Origin: the human T2T-CHM13v2.0 reference genome, Homo sapiens
NCBI RefSeq assembly: GCF_009914755.1
Contig: NC_060933.1
Length of the DNA: 64,000 nucleotides
Direction: 5' to 3' (one strand)
How positions within the stretch are numbered: position 1 is the first letter of the stretch; each line of letters opens with the position of its first letter. Shown here piece by piece: positions 1 through 16,497 of this stretch. The position numbers and the translations under genes were made by a program. Below the pieces are notes generated by a model. The model saw only the letters and a program-made list of their open reading frames with translations. It made no database searches and was not told the DNA's origin.

Positions 1-592
1 CTGCTTGGCTAGCTGAGCTTTCTGAATGACAAAAGCTAAGGGAGGTTCAGTTTTGGCCTAGACTCAGGGTGTGGGAAGAGGAGGTACTCTTTTGAAACAT
101 TACATTCTTCAAAGGAAGAGAGAAATGATGAGGGTGAAAGGGGCAGTGAGTTTACTCATCTGCCTCCTGTGCTGGAGAGACGGCATTGGAAGGCAGAGCC
201 CGTGCATTGTGGATCTTTGAAATTCCAGGCCTGGTACATGCAGCCCCTAACTGGGTGCATATGTTAACCTGGGCCAAGCTGAAGTGATTGATGTGACTGC
301 CTTGTGGGGATCAATACCGGCACTTTGCCCAGTAGAGTCTGGCCAGGAGGTGCTTCTTTCTGTGAACTTGTTGGGGAGGGGTTCCAAGCTTGGGAACAAG
401 GGGTAATTCCAGTTCTTAGCAGGAGGGGGCAGCCTTGGCATCCTGGGGTCAGCAATGAAAAGTCAGAAAATGGAAGGGGAGTGCCTGAGAGTGGGGGTGA
501 TGGCAAACTGAGAGCCATTGACAGGGACTTGGCCTGGGAAACTCTTTTCCCATCCCTTGTGAAGAAAGACCAAAACCCATTTTATTCTTATT

Positions 593-595
<3 letters not shown>

Positions 596-645
<50 letters not shown>
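596..645. repeat. (AC)25 microsatellite
   Basis: Read directly from the sequence. Confidence 0.97.
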
Positions 646-648
<3 letters not shown>

Positions 649-1031
649 CACACTTCTAGTGAAGTTGAGTTTAATCGCACTATAAATGGCTTGCAAAAAC
701 CTTTCGGGGGAAAATGACACTTTTCATGCCTTTTGGTCTATTAATTCTATCGTCAAGAATTAAGTATAAAAATAACTGAAAATGCAGATTAAACTTTACT
801 CAGAAAATGATCATTTCAGTGTTATTTTGAATAATAAAAAGCTGAGTATCTCTAATAATCTCTAATAACAGGGAACTAGTTAAATAGTAAATAAGTAAAT
901 GTAATGTTATATAGCTGTTTAAAAAATCACAAGCTTAGAATGCTACAGGAAAATAGCCATAATATAATTCTAAGCTAAAGATGAAAGATGCATACATACA
1001 CACAAATAGCAATGTAATTTCAATCATGTGA

Positions 1032-1405
<374 letters not shown>

Positions 1406-2035
1406 AGCCTTATTTTTATTTTCTAAATCTGTGAGTATATGTTAATTTTAGAAGCATAAAGAAAATGCTGGCAAAGCTATGAAGAAAGTTTCACACTTAA
1501 TATATTGCAATGACATCACTCAGTATATTGTCAAAAATGTTGTCAGCTGGTATAAATTCTTGGGAAAGAACTTTTTGGAAAAGAAATGTACAAGACATGT
1601 CAATACCCATTAAGATGTTCAAAATATTTAGTTCATTAATACTGCTTAAAGGAATTTATCCTAACAAATAATTAAAAGAGGAGGTTTTTCTGCATAAAGA
1701 TGTTGATCAAAACTCCCATAGCAGAAAATTTTTAATAATCCTATAAATGATAATGAAAAAGCCACTGAAAAACAAGAGGGAATATTTGAAGCCACAAAAT
1801 GTTATGAGCTATGAGGAGTCTTAGAAAAATGGTTATGATTTACTAATTTATTCATAGATGCCTCTCTATGCCAGGCATAGATTGCTTTAAAATGGAAAAA
1901 TAAAAGCCTTCCAAGTAGATAAAACTGAATATTTTACTAAGAAAACTTTGTGAAATATATGGAAGAGAACATACAACAAAGAAGTGTTGTTTCCGAGTAA
2001 TAGGATTAGGAGTGATTTTTTTCTTTAAACTTCCT

Positions 2036-2064
<29 letters not shown>
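2036..2064. repeat. (TG)14 microsatellite
   Basis: Read directly from the sequence. Confidence 0.95.
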
Positions 2065-2068
<4 letters not shown>

Positions 2069-3581
2069 ATACAACTTAAGAATAATGAACAAAAAGCATT
2101 TTGTAATTCTTCATAATATACTATAGAGCATTACTATTATTTTTTACAAGAGATTGACCAAGAACTCTACCAGGAATATTTGGACCACGGAACTGAGAAA
2201 CACTGTTTACAGTAGGTACAACTTCCTTTAAAACATACACCTTTTAAGGCATTCATTCATCCATCCATCCATCCCACAAACACTTGTCAAACAACTACCA
2301 GTGATAGCAATGCAGTAAGCTCTGATGAGTTCCTGCTCTTGGGATGCACAGTCTAGCAGGCAGATATACCAGGACAAGAGTAAGATGTGCAGACAGTTTT
2401 TAGGGGCAAGAGCCTCCAAGTCAGGCCCAGGGGAATCAGAGAAATCAGGATTTAAGTTGTCACTAAAAGGGTAAGTCAGAGTTTTCCAGTCAGACAAGCA
2501 TGGAGAGCTCTTCAGTGGGGGCTCACGTGTAGTTCAGACAGTGAATACTCACAGCAGAGTTTTATGCACAGAGAGTGCTACAATTGATAGCACAGACTCT
2601 TTGTTCAAATCCTACCTACCTCATTTACTAGTGTGAACTCTGGGCCCTTCAGTATTTTTATCTGAATAATAGGGGTGATAATACATACTTCATAGGATTA
2701 TTGTGTGGCTTAAATGGAGAAAAACATACACACAGTGCACATGGTAGACACTGTATGAAAAACAATATGGTCATGGAAAGGTGGAAGACAGAACAATATT
2801 TAAGATATTCAATGAGAAAGTAGGTGTTTTTAGTGAGGTTCCAAACTCAAGTGTTAGGAGCCCAGTACTCCTGGGAACGTAAGGATAATGTCTTATATCT
2901 TATTCTCTCAGGGTACTGATGTTAAGTTTATTTGTCAGACTATTTTTACTTTTGACAAGTTAAATAAAATGGTGGAGATCGCAGCAGCTCTCCCCAGTCT
3001 GATTCACTTTAGTGATTATTCATACTGAGAGCTCATGTTTGCTTCATTATAAGAACAGGTCTCACCTTCTGGCTTTCAAAAAACCTGGAATATCTTCACC
3101 AGTACAGATAAACAAATGGTAATGCCAAGACTGTCAGTATTTTCCAAGGAAGGAAACAGGATATGTATGGTAGGCCTATGTTTTCCCCAATCTGCCTTAA
3201 AATCCAAATCTCACCTTAGGCTGGTGGGGACTTTAATTAAAATTAGAATGTGAACATTCTTATCATGAAGCTATCACGGTATCTCAGTTCCACTTGAATG
3301 TTGTTATATAAGTGAAATTCTAAAGTATTTCCTAAAATACCCATTCTGTATGTAGGTATGTGCTTCTGCTTGTCTAGGGATGACTTATTTTTCATTAAGT
3401 TCTCTGAAATGAGAAAATGAGAAATAGAATTGGGGAAATGCAATGGTATTCTCAATCTTTACTCTGTATTGGTATTGGTTAGTCTTAGGTTCAGAGATCC
3501 TGGTCATGTCTTTCCAGCTTCTAAGAAGACAAAGACACTGGTGGAGCTGGTGCACACCTTTGTAGAACTACCTCTACTCAC

Positions 3582-3748
3582 CCTACAGTGATGTCAAAAA
3601 TGTTGCTTCCAACAGAGCTGGACACAGCCATGTCCCCTAACCCCTTCCGGGCCACTATGACACTGGTGATAAGATCAGGGATGGAGGTCCCAGCAGCCAA
3701 GATGGTCAGGCCCATAATCTCTTCACTGATGCCAATTGTCTCTCCAAC
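3582..3748 (-). CDS. SLC24A2: SLC24A2 coding exon, 167 nt, phase 0-2: [55 protein letters not shown](G), the alpha-2 repeat
   Basis: Acceptor catttag|GTT, donor GG|gtgagt; contains the Ca2+/cation antiporter alpha-2 motifs GTSIPD and GSNIFD. Translated by hand. Confidence 0.96.
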
Positions 3749-4605
3749 CTAAATGTCAGGACAGGAATAAACATCTCAGTGTTTGAAGTTACAAAATCAT
3801 AAAAATCACAAAAATTTCAATGCGACCTCCTTTTAATGCATTTCTATACTGTGCTATGCAAAGTGCTGAGATGATAAAGATGAATAAGCCACAGTCATTG
3901 CTAATAGAGTTTATGCTTTTAGGATATTCAGACCCAAGGCATCAGGAATGTTCACATGAAAATTAAACAGATAATCTCAAAAAAGAGCTCTAGAGGGCTA
4001 GAGTGTAGCCTTTATATGGTGCTTTCTAAGATTGAGTCAGGGAAGCTGCAGGATTAGAGGTAGAAAGGCCAATTGGCCATGGAATCCAGGGGGCAGCACC
4101 TGGCAGTGGCACCAAGTCCTGTGGAAGATTTGCCCTTCAACTTACTACCAAAACCAAGGACTGACACCCAGGGTCTCCATTCTCCTTTAGCATCTCCTAG
4201 TGTCTATAATCTATTCTGAAACACTTCAAGATGCTATAATTTCCACTGGAATCTCGATTCTGGGTGTTTCGGGTTTTGGTAACACATAGCAAAGCAACTG
4301 TGGAGAAGCAAAATCCAGAAAATCAGAGGACCTGGGTCCAAGATCTGGCTCTGGTATGTGTTAATTTCTTGACATTTTGCTTACTGTACCAATTATATGT
4401 CATTGATCCTCACTTTCTCATCCATAAACTGGGGATAATAATACCTACCTTACCAGGTACTTGTGAGGACTAAATGATAATCTGTGACAGACTCTTTGTG
4501 AATAGTACATTATTATTGAAAAGCAAGGGGAGGGTGGCTATTACTTTTTTTCTTTTTTTTCTTTTTTTTTTTTTGGTCTTTTTCTTTGCCTTTTAAGACT
4601 GATGA

Positions 4606-4996
<391 letters not shown>

Positions 4997-5724
4997 TAAA
5001 ACCTATTCATGTTTTGCTGGACTTGGTGAAGTGTGGCTCTGAAAACCTTCAAGATAATGCTTTCCATCTGGTTTCCAACAGGTTACCTGATGATGTCCAG
5101 CATTTTTTGAAAAAATTTAAAGGGCCAAAATAGCATATAAGAATAAAGCCTTTTAGGGAATAGAATACACTCATTTCTAAATCCTTTTTAAAAAAATTCT
5201 TATTTTTATAAGAAATAGTATGATTCCTACTAGCTTAAAAGCATATTTTTGTTTTGATGGTCATGCCTGCTCCAGAGCCTGGTGAGCTGAACTAGCTTAC
5301 CCTGTCCTCATGGGACACAGAATCACTGCTCCCCATTAGTAAGTTCCATGTATGCAGGATCCTCACCTTGGTCACCACGATCTCCCTAGTTGACAGAACA
5401 TACACAGCCTGATACATGGCAGGCTCTTAATACTGATTTGCTGAGTAAGCAAATCAATCTGCATACCTAGGTGATTTCACTAGTATGTTTTTCTGCTGAT
5501 TCTCCTAGAAAAAGTTCAATAAGACTTTTGCACAGGAGTGCCCTATTTGAGCAAAATATTCTCAAATTGTCAGTTTTTTGTTAGATTTGGAGTGAAGCAT
5601 TGCCAAAGACTGAGCAGATGCTGACTAAACAACTGTTACTGTCGGCAAGTTCCAATCTGTTTAAAACATTCTTAATAATTAAATTCTTGGAGGGAATTCT
5701 AAAGTAGTGACTGAAAAATTATTT

Positions 5725-5851
5725 GCTGGGCACAATGCCATGCACGGTAGTTCCAGCTACTCGGGGGTTGAGGCACGAGGATCACTTGAGCCTGGACATT
5801 TGAGACCAGACTGGGCAATATAGCAAGACCTTGTCCCCGAAATATAAACAA
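5725..5851 (+). mobile_element. FLAM (free left Alu monomer)
   Basis: Single ~125-nt monomer followed by an A-rich tail. Confidence 0.8.
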
Positions 5852-6159
5852 AATAATTTGTATTTGGAGTTTGAATGCTACTATATACAGGAAAACATAG
5901 GAATTGAAGAGGAGAAAAATGGTGGTGTGGTTAAGAGCACTGGCTTGGGAGATGACAGTGCTGGGTACAAATCCTAGCTTGCCACTCTTAGTGCAAGTTA
6001 GACAACTTCCCTGAGTCTCAGTCTTTCCTATCTGTAAAATGAGGATAATATCCACTCAGAATTGTTGATGACTATATGTGAGATGCAAATCATACAGCAC
6101 AGTGTCAGGTATAAAGCAAATGTTAAATAAAAATCTAGTTTTTTTTTTAACTTAATATG

Positions 6160-6449
6160 TTTTTTTTGAGACGGAGTCTCGTTCTGTTGCCCAGGCTGGA
6201 GTGCAGTGGTGTGATCTCGGCTCACTGAAACATTTGCTTCCTGGGTTCAAGTGATTCTCCTGCCTCAGCCTCCCAAGTAGCTGGGATTACAGGCATCTGC
6301 CACCATGCCTGGCTAATTTTTGCATTTTTAGTAGAGATGGGGTTTCACCACGTTGGCCAGGCTGGTCTCGAACTCCTGACCTCAGGTAATCCGCCTGCCT
6401 TGGCCTCCTAAAGTGCTGGGATTGCAGGGGTGAGCCACGGCACCCAGCC
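6160..6449 (-). mobile_element. AluSx
   Basis: Dimeric Alu. Confidence 0.9.
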
Positions 6450-7989
6450 AAAAAACCAGATTTTATAACTCAGACATTACTCCTTTCCCTCTCCAATTTA
6501 TTAGACTGTCAGGTGTCTGGCAGCAGGAACAGAAGTGGGCTTACTGGGGCCAATTCACATCATGGAAAACTTCATGAGAATTTTCATTAGACATCAAACC
6601 CCTGGTGAATCTGTGTGGCTCTAGAAAGCCTTTTGTGGAAGAAGAACTAGTCTTCATAAGCTTGTTTTGAGTGCATTTCACTCAAGTTAACTTTTGTCAA
6701 ATCAGTAAAGATGATGGGCACATGGACGGGACAGTACTCTGAAAAATCAGGGAGCATCAGAGAGGCTTAGAGCTTTTAATAGAAAGAACATCAGCAGTCT
6801 TTTGGGGGAAATTACTTCATTTTCAAAAAAAAAAAAAAAAAAAAAAAGCAAATTAGGCCACTCAGAGGAGGCCAAACTCCATGCTGCTCCCAATATTTTG
6901 TGATGCAGTTCTGTGCCTTGGTTTAAGGAGGATCTGAAAGAATGCTATAGTGGCTAAATGAGACACAAGGTCTTAGTTGACTCTTAAAATTAATTTCTAA
7001 TATTAGATGCAGGATTGACTTTAACTACAGGTTGTCATCACCCATTAAATTTATTAAAGTGCAAAAACAATAAGCAACAAGAACAACAAAAACAAAAGAT
7101 AAAGGCAAAAAAAAAAAAAAAGCCAAGGGCAAATTATGTTAAAGCATTGTAGGTGAAGGGCATTTATTTTTTGCCAAACAGTAGCCAAATTATCAAATAG
7201 CATTTATGATAAAAGTGTTGATAACAAAAGAGTTGAACACTATATAACTGCTATGGATTTTATAGTTCAGAAGTACAAACAACAGAATTAGAGCTAGACT
7301 TCTTGGAACAGAATCTATTTTGTTCAGCTGTCTGGGTGTTTTTAAAGAAGTATTTGTATAGGAGAAAAGAGAAACTTCTCTTCCATCAATGAAAAGTAAG
7401 GCTTCCATTTATGGCTTTCATTCGTCTTGGCTTTTTAAAATTATTATTGTTTCAGCCATTGAATTTGTGTTCCTTTTCTTTGAAAGAATGGAAAGAAAAC
7501 AAGACTGGAATTAAGGTAATCATTAAAAAGAAAAAGATGGAACCCTGCATGATGTTTTATAAAACGGCAAAAAAGAAATATCTGGGAAACAACATATCCC
7601 AGCAAGTTAGAAAAACACCATTTTTTCTTTATTAGTACATGAAGAAATAGAAGATGATTATTAAGAAAAACTATTATATGTTATAAATGGCAAACAGTCC
7701 TTTCAGCCTGGACATCTGGAGGCTGAAAACCAGCCCACCTTCTGCTGTGATTTCTGCCAGGTGTTGGTAGCAAATGTCTCTCAATGAGTGTATAAAATAA
7801 TGACTCCAAGGCACAGAGAACTTGCTCAGGAAGCCAATGATTTTTTGGAAATATCCAGGAAGAGTAATCTGAAGTCAAATGTCAGTAAAATAACTGTGAT
7901 ATGAATAATATAAAATATCATGTAGAAATAAGACAGTGTATCAGCCAACATTTTCTGTGGATTTTGCTACTAACATGTATTCTTTTAAA

Positions 7990-9790
<1,801 letters not shown>

Positions 9791-10731
9791 ATGTTCTCAG
9801 TATATATTTCCTTATTTCAAATTTCTATATCTTATTTATGTTGCCAAGTATAATAATTTTAGGATTATATTAAACAAAGGATACAAGTGGGAAGTTTGGA
9901 ATTTATGTAGTTTATAATAGAGATTAAAAGTATGATTTTTGGAGTTGCAGAGTCCTGGGTTAAAATCTCAGTTCTACCTATGTGATTTTGGGTAATCTTA
10001 CCAACTTTAAGCTTAACTTCTTTATCTGTAAACTGTGGATAATAATAGTACCTGCTTCATAGGCTTTGAACCTATGTATAGGGTTACTGTTAAGATTATA
10101 AAGACAAAGGGATGTGAATTGTTGGGTGTGTAGGACATACTCAATTATCAATAGTTACCACTATTATCTTTGAAAATGTGAAACCCTTGAATCTTACTCT
10201 TCATTCATGTTTTTCAATAATGATTACTGAGAGTGTATTCTTGTGATGGGCATTGTGACTCATATTGAGTTAAAAATAATAACAATACATCATCATTTAT
10301 GTAAAGTGAAGCTCAAGGAAGAGGCTATTTTGTCTCCAGATGCTTTCCTAGAGCCAGTTTTAAACTGCTGGTGAGAACGTGAGGTGAGTGGCTGCTCAAG
10401 ATAAAGTCAGTACTACTGAACCAGGCAAAATCTTGACATTGCTCTCAGGTCTGGGTTGTCCTGGTGTCTGTCAGGCTGCAGAGGCAAGAAGTAGTTAGAC
10501 TTGCCTGCCTCCACATGGCTGTCCAGAGGCTATGCTGATTTAATTCCATGCTACAGCCAGAAGACTAGGGAAAGTTAAGTGGATAAATTCCTCTAGTCCT
10601 GGAATGCTAACTCGTCTGTGTCACACCCAATACTGTTGTGGCAGTTGCAGAAAGCAAACACAATGATTAAACACTTGACAATCAGGACTGGAGAAAAACA
10701 AGGCAGAGGCATGTCACTATCAAAATCTTAC

Positions 10732-10821
10732 CTGGTGCGCCCACCAGACCATCAAGTAAGAGAATACTGCAATCCAGGTAATGGAGCCAAAGAACGTGAT
10801 GGGAAAAAACTTCCTCGATGA
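10732..10821 (-). CDS. SLC24A2: SLC24A2 coding exon, 90 nt, phase 0-0: SSRKFFPITFFGSITWIAVFSYLMVWWAHQ
   Basis: Acceptor gtctttcag|TCA, donor CAG|gtaaga; encodes a transmembrane segment of NCKX2. Translated by hand, not in the ORF track. Confidence 0.95.
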
Positions 10822-12435
10822 CTGAAAGACAACCAGGAAGAGTTGAGAATATCAGTGTTATCCATTGAGACTGATCTGGAAATCCAAAGCTAAAGCCACC
10901 ATTGTAGCAATTTCTCTAGCATTTCCTGCATCTTAGTAGGATTGGCAATCAAAAGACCCTACTCACTCCTGATCAAGCTGGGACAGTAAGATTCTCCCTT
11001 GGAGATGTGAAATTGATAGGAACTGAGTGATCACAGTGCTGGCTCCTGAGATGGAAATCTTGAAGAGAATGTCTGTTAGTTCCTGCTATTAGATGTTTAG
11101 ATTCCCTCTGCTCTTGTCCTTTCTAAGGCCTGGTTTTTTGGCCTTTCCTTCAATATTAACACCATATTCTCCCTCCTCCTTTTTCTTTCTTTTGCTCCAG
11201 AGTTTGTCAGAATCAGTTTCTATTGCTTGCAAACCATGAATCCTAACAATCCATATGCCAGGAAACCTATGGGATTAATTCCATTGAATAAGAAATGGGA
11301 AGGATCAGCAGGTTTAAAAATAGATTGACTCATCTTACAGTACCACAAATTATCAAGAAAGTCACACAGAAAAAGCCACCACCACAACTTTTATAGATTC
11401 TGGATGATGGCCATTCTCCAGGACACTGGAACCACACATGGACCAGAGTAGACAGAGGCAGAAGCGCCCAATTGTACTGATTTCCACTGAGATGGCAGAT
11501 CAGACATTGCTCTCAAGAATGTTTTCTCTCCTGTTCACCACCCCAAAATATATTATGTTCAATTCTGCTTCTAGAAGTAGACTTTATGCTATCTCAGGCA
11601 TAAAGTGTGAGCATTTTTAAAGTTTCCTAGAAATAGCCAAAAAATCAGACACTTGAAATGCAGTGTTTCTTACCCAGTCCCACTACAGAGAAACCCAGGC
11701 TTGCACTGTAGTGGTGTTCTTTTGATGTCCTTTGTTGAAAAATTGGGGTCTTTTAAAAACACACTCAGACAGCACAATGCTGTCAGAGAGCCTCTTGCCT
11801 ATTATTGCCAAACACTTTATTTGAAAGCTTTCCACGTTGAGAAACAATCCCACTTTTTGCTTTGATAATGCCATCCAATTTTATCTAGAGAAATGAATTT
11901 TAGAGTTGACTTGTATGAAAGTAATCTCAATTGTCCGAAAGGCTGACCTTGGGCAGTCACACAGAACACGTTCTGTCGTGGCTTTTGAGAGCTCCATTAA
12001 AAGGAAAAGATAAACTCATACATGGTAATCTTTTGAATATCAATAATGATGAACACAGTCTCTATTGCTCCAAACCAGGCTTATGTTTTCTTTACTAATT
12101 TCAAGTTTTCAATATATATTTCTTATGATCATTTGCATGGTTCTGTTAAATTTTACCCCATACATTTCTTTAAATGATTGCTGTTTTGTGGGGCCGTTTG
12201 TTAGCTTGGATGACTGGAAGACCAAGCAGGTTTGATTAAATCGGGGGAGGGCATCAGGCCACAGTGAGTAGCCAAAACCTTACCCTCAAATGCTTTTCCC
12301 TGCTCCCTTTCTTTCTTAGAAGAAAAATATTTTGGACAAGGACTCAGACCCCTCCTAGGGACCTAAGCGCTTTAATGGGTAATGGGGGAAAAAAAAAGGT
12401 AATCATTTTTTTAAAGTGGAGTTGGAGACCTTCGT

Positions 12436-12735
12436 TTTTTTTTTTTTTTTTAAGATGGAGTCTCACTCGGTCACCCAGGCTGGAGTGCAGTGGCATGATC
12501 TTGGCTCACTGCAACCTCTGCCTCCTGGGTCAAGCAATTCTCCTGCCTCAGCCTCCTGAGTAGCTGGAATTACAGGCACCTGCCACCACACCCCACTAAT
12601 TTTTTTGTATTTTTTAGTAGAGGCAGGGTTTCACCATGTTGGCCAGGCTGGTTTCAAAATCCTGACCTCAGATGATCTGCCTGCTTCAGCCTCCCAAAGT
12701 GCTAGGATTACAGGTGTAAGCCACCGCACCCAGCC
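12436..12735 (-). mobile_element. AluSx
   Basis: Dimeric Alu. Confidence 0.9.
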
Positions 12736-14633
12736 ATTAGATCTTTACTTATAAAAGCAGCTTTTTTTTTTTTTTTTTTTAAGCTAGGAAATCAGCCGGA
12801 TTCTGGAGACCGAATTCCCTGAGCCAGTGCTAAGAGATGAAGTTTTCCAAGGCATTTAGCTTATTAAAGTTCCCATCCTTTTCATCTGGTCACAGTCACT
12901 GTTTCAGGATCCTACGTGCAATGAGGGTTTCATCTTCCATGGCTGTGCTCTGTTACAGGAAAGAGAAGAACCCTCTTGCCACGTGGGGTCACGTGTGTGA
13001 TTAGAGCCCCAACCAATGGTTGATTCTGGGCAATGTATGAGGACAATGAAAAGCTTTCTACATGCCTTAAGGTGTGGCATAAGTACTAGATGTCCTAGGA
13101 GAGTCCTCATTTCATAGATTGCTCGTTTTCCAGGTTAGCTCATTTACTAAATGTATAATTATTATTTTAACTTTGTACCTCTGCCTGTTTATTCTTTGAG
13201 ATAACTTCACAAGTCAGAATCAAATCATTTGAACATATTTCTCATCTGAAAAATATCATAACTGAGCTACAGAAAATTCCTAGCCAAAAGGTATAAAGCA
13301 AGGTATCAGAAAAGGAATTAAAGGAACTAAATTCAAATCAACATACTAGGGAAAACCTCTCTAAATCAATATTTGATGCCCATGATTCTTAATCAAGAAG
13401 CCAATTAGTAATTAATGGGCATCGAACCATACCTAATGTTGCATTAGGGGCTCAATGAAGAAGGCTAAAAATATTCTTTGTGAATTTTCAGTCTTCATCA
13501 TAAGCTAGAGGTAGATAAAGTCTGAGAACTTACTCTGTACCCAGATCCTGAACTAGAGATAAAATTGAAACTAGGTCAGCCTGACTGTACCACACGTGCT
13601 CCCAATATCTAGATTATACTGACTCTTTCCTAAAGAAAAACAGGGCCAATAATGCTCAAAATATACCCCGCCATATACATAATGATCATGATCATGATCA
13701 TCATACCAGGCTCTGCTCTGAATGTCAGAAAATTAAAAAAAGCATCAGGGAAGTAGAAACTAGCATTCCAGCTGTATGGCCATCTGCCTCGCCCAACCTC
13801 CCATGTTGTTCCTGCTTTGGAAGTATCAACGTTTCATTCATCAGCAGTTGGGCTAAGTGTTTCCTAACTGTTGAACTACTTTACCATTTCCATTTTCACA
13901 CCCCAGGTAATCACTTCTTTCATTTTTCTTGGACCATTCCCCTTACTTGGACAGCATGGTCTCATTCCAGACATCTCTGCCCAGTAGCAACTGTACAGTC
14001 ATTTAGTTACCAGTGTCATTGGAAGGAAGAAAATAGCTCTTGGAGCCAAGGTCTAACATGACAATTTATGGTTATAGTAATGGGGGTTCATCCTGCCATC
14101 TGCTGGGATGGACCTCATACTAATTAGCAAATAAGCAAATTGCATCCATGTGCTGGCCATTTTGTGCCCATGTTGTGGTTTACTTACATAATTGACAGTG
14201 GATGCTCTGATTAGAAGCTTTTGGTACATCAGAGTGATATCGGCTTGGCTTGGAAAAAGATGCTGGACATTAGCTGGTTGTACAAATTAGCTATATCCTT
14301 ACTGATTTAAATTCAACAAATATTCACTCAGCATCTACTCTGTGTAAGGTTCTGGGACATATATTTAACAAAGACCCCCCCCCACCCCCCAAATCCTACT
14401 AAAGATTTAAAGTGTGGTCTCTGGATTAATATGACTGGTATTGAAATCTCTGCTCACAAATTACCAGCAATGTGACCTGAGACAAATTATTTAGTCTCTT
14501 TAAGCTTAGGTTTCTTCATCTGTAAAATGGGAGAAATAACATCTAGTTGTTTTGAGGACTTCATGTACATAAAATGTCTAGCAAAGTACCTCGCACATAA
14601 GTGCTCAGATAATTATATTTGTTATTAGACAAT

Positions 14634-15262
14634 ATAGTCATGCCCTTGTATTCATGAGGGTTCCACCACCCCTGAGGATACCAAAATCTGCAGATGCCCA
14701 AATCCATAATATGAAATGGTGGAGTATTTACATATAACCTTTGTGAATCATCCCATATACTTTATTTATTTATTTGTTTGTTTGACAGAGTTTCCCTGTT
14801 GTTGCCCAGGCTGGAGTGCAATGGTGCAATCTTGGCTCACCATAACCTCCACCTTGTGGGTTCAAGTGTTTCTCCTACCTCAGCCTCCTGAGGTAGGGTT
14901 TACAGGCATGGGATTACAGGGATGTGCCACCATGCCCGGCTAATTTTTTGTATTTTTAGTAGAGACAGGGTTTCTCTATGTTGGTCAGGCTGGTCTCGAA
15001 CTCCCAACCTCAGATGATCCTCCTGCCTCGGCTTCCCAAAGTGCTGGGACTACAGGTGTGAGATACCTCACCTGACTCCCATATACTTTAAATCAGCTCT
15101 AAATTATTTGAGGCCGAATAGAATGTAAATGCTATGTAAACAGTTGTTAAATTGTATTGTTGTTATCTGTATTTTTTACTGTTGTATTAAAATTTTTTTC
15201 CTGAATATTTTCAATCTGTGATTGTTTGAATGCAGAGCCTGCAGATATGAAGAGCCAACTGT
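14634..15262. mobile_element. MER2 (Tigger-type DNA transposon) split by an AluSp-like element at 14765-15076 (-)
   Basis: MER2 motifs ggataccaaaatctgcagatgc and aatgtaaatgctatgtaaa; Alu TSD tcccatatacttta at 14751-14764 and 15077-15090. Confidence 0.82.
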
Positions 15263-16039
15263 ATTCTCATTTTAGTTTTTAAGAGATAAAGAAACTGATA
15301 ATTGGGGAAGTGAACATGACTGTGAAGACCTGGCCCAGAGTCTTGGCTTTGCGTCTTTCTAGCTGGGTGTGCTTGAATAAGTCACCAAACCTCTGTGGGT
15401 GTCAATTACTTTATCCTTGTTAGACCTTGCTTGGCACATAGTAGACACTGAATAGATACTTGATGAATCAATGAATAATAGAAATTGCAAACATCTAGCT
15501 GGGTTCTCATGTTCCTTCCTAGTTCTAATGGGTCATGTTTTCATATCTCATTAGATGCATTCTTGTTTTGCAGGAGTATCTATCTTAGTCATGAGAGAAG
15601 ATAACTTTTTCGGTCCTTAGTTTATTTTCAATTTTCATCAAAGACTTGGTCCTCATTGAAGTTTATATTTTAGTTCTTTTACTTTGGAAACAAAGCCATT
15701 AATAAAACTGTAAGTGTAAAGCCCATATTAATTATGTGAGCTGAAATTATGCATGGTTCAACAAACACTGTCATACAATTTGCATATAAATGAAGCAGAA
15801 ATAAAAGCTAGTGGGAGTACTATATACTCTGAAACTATAAGTATACATGAAAAAATCATGTTTTCCTTGTAATTACTGTCAAGGTTTGGTATGTTCATCT
15901 TCTTGGGCAATCAAAATCTACAGAAGAGGCAGAGCTGCCAGGCCCTAAGGAGGGGCAAATATGTATTAGTTAATTTTTCCCCTCTCTTTCCTCTCCGTAT
16001 GTATTTTCTCAAGAGGTCCCTGTGGAAGCACATAAGTTC

Positions 16040-16497
16040 TATGGTGGACTGCAAAAATGGGCACAATACTTTGCTGCTCCTCTCATCAAGAGATGAGGTC
16101 TATTTTTCCACTCTTCGAATCTGGGCTGGCCTTATGACTTGCTTTGACCAAAAGAATGTATTGGAAGTGACAGCGTGCAAATTTCAAACTAGATCTCAAG
16201 AGGGCTTTGTAGCTTTCATACTTGCTGCTCTCGGCACTTTGCCATTATGTGACTAAGTCCAGGCTAGCCTGCTTTGAGATAAGAGAGTATGTGGAGCAGA
16301 GACAAGCTGTTCCAGCTTCAATAGCCCTGTACCAACCAGCTCCCAGCCATTAACTGAGCACCACTAAGACCAGCAGCTGAACTGTCCAGCTGAGCACAAC
16401 CCAAATTGCCAATTCACAGAATTATGGGCTAAAAAATGTCTTGTATTAAGCCACTAGGTTGGGGTGGTATGTTACAAAGCAAAAGATAACTGATACA
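16040..16497 (+). mobile_element. MLT1 (MaLR) solo LTR
   Basis: gaatctgggctggccttatgacttgctttgacca ... ends gataactgataca. Confidence 0.75.
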
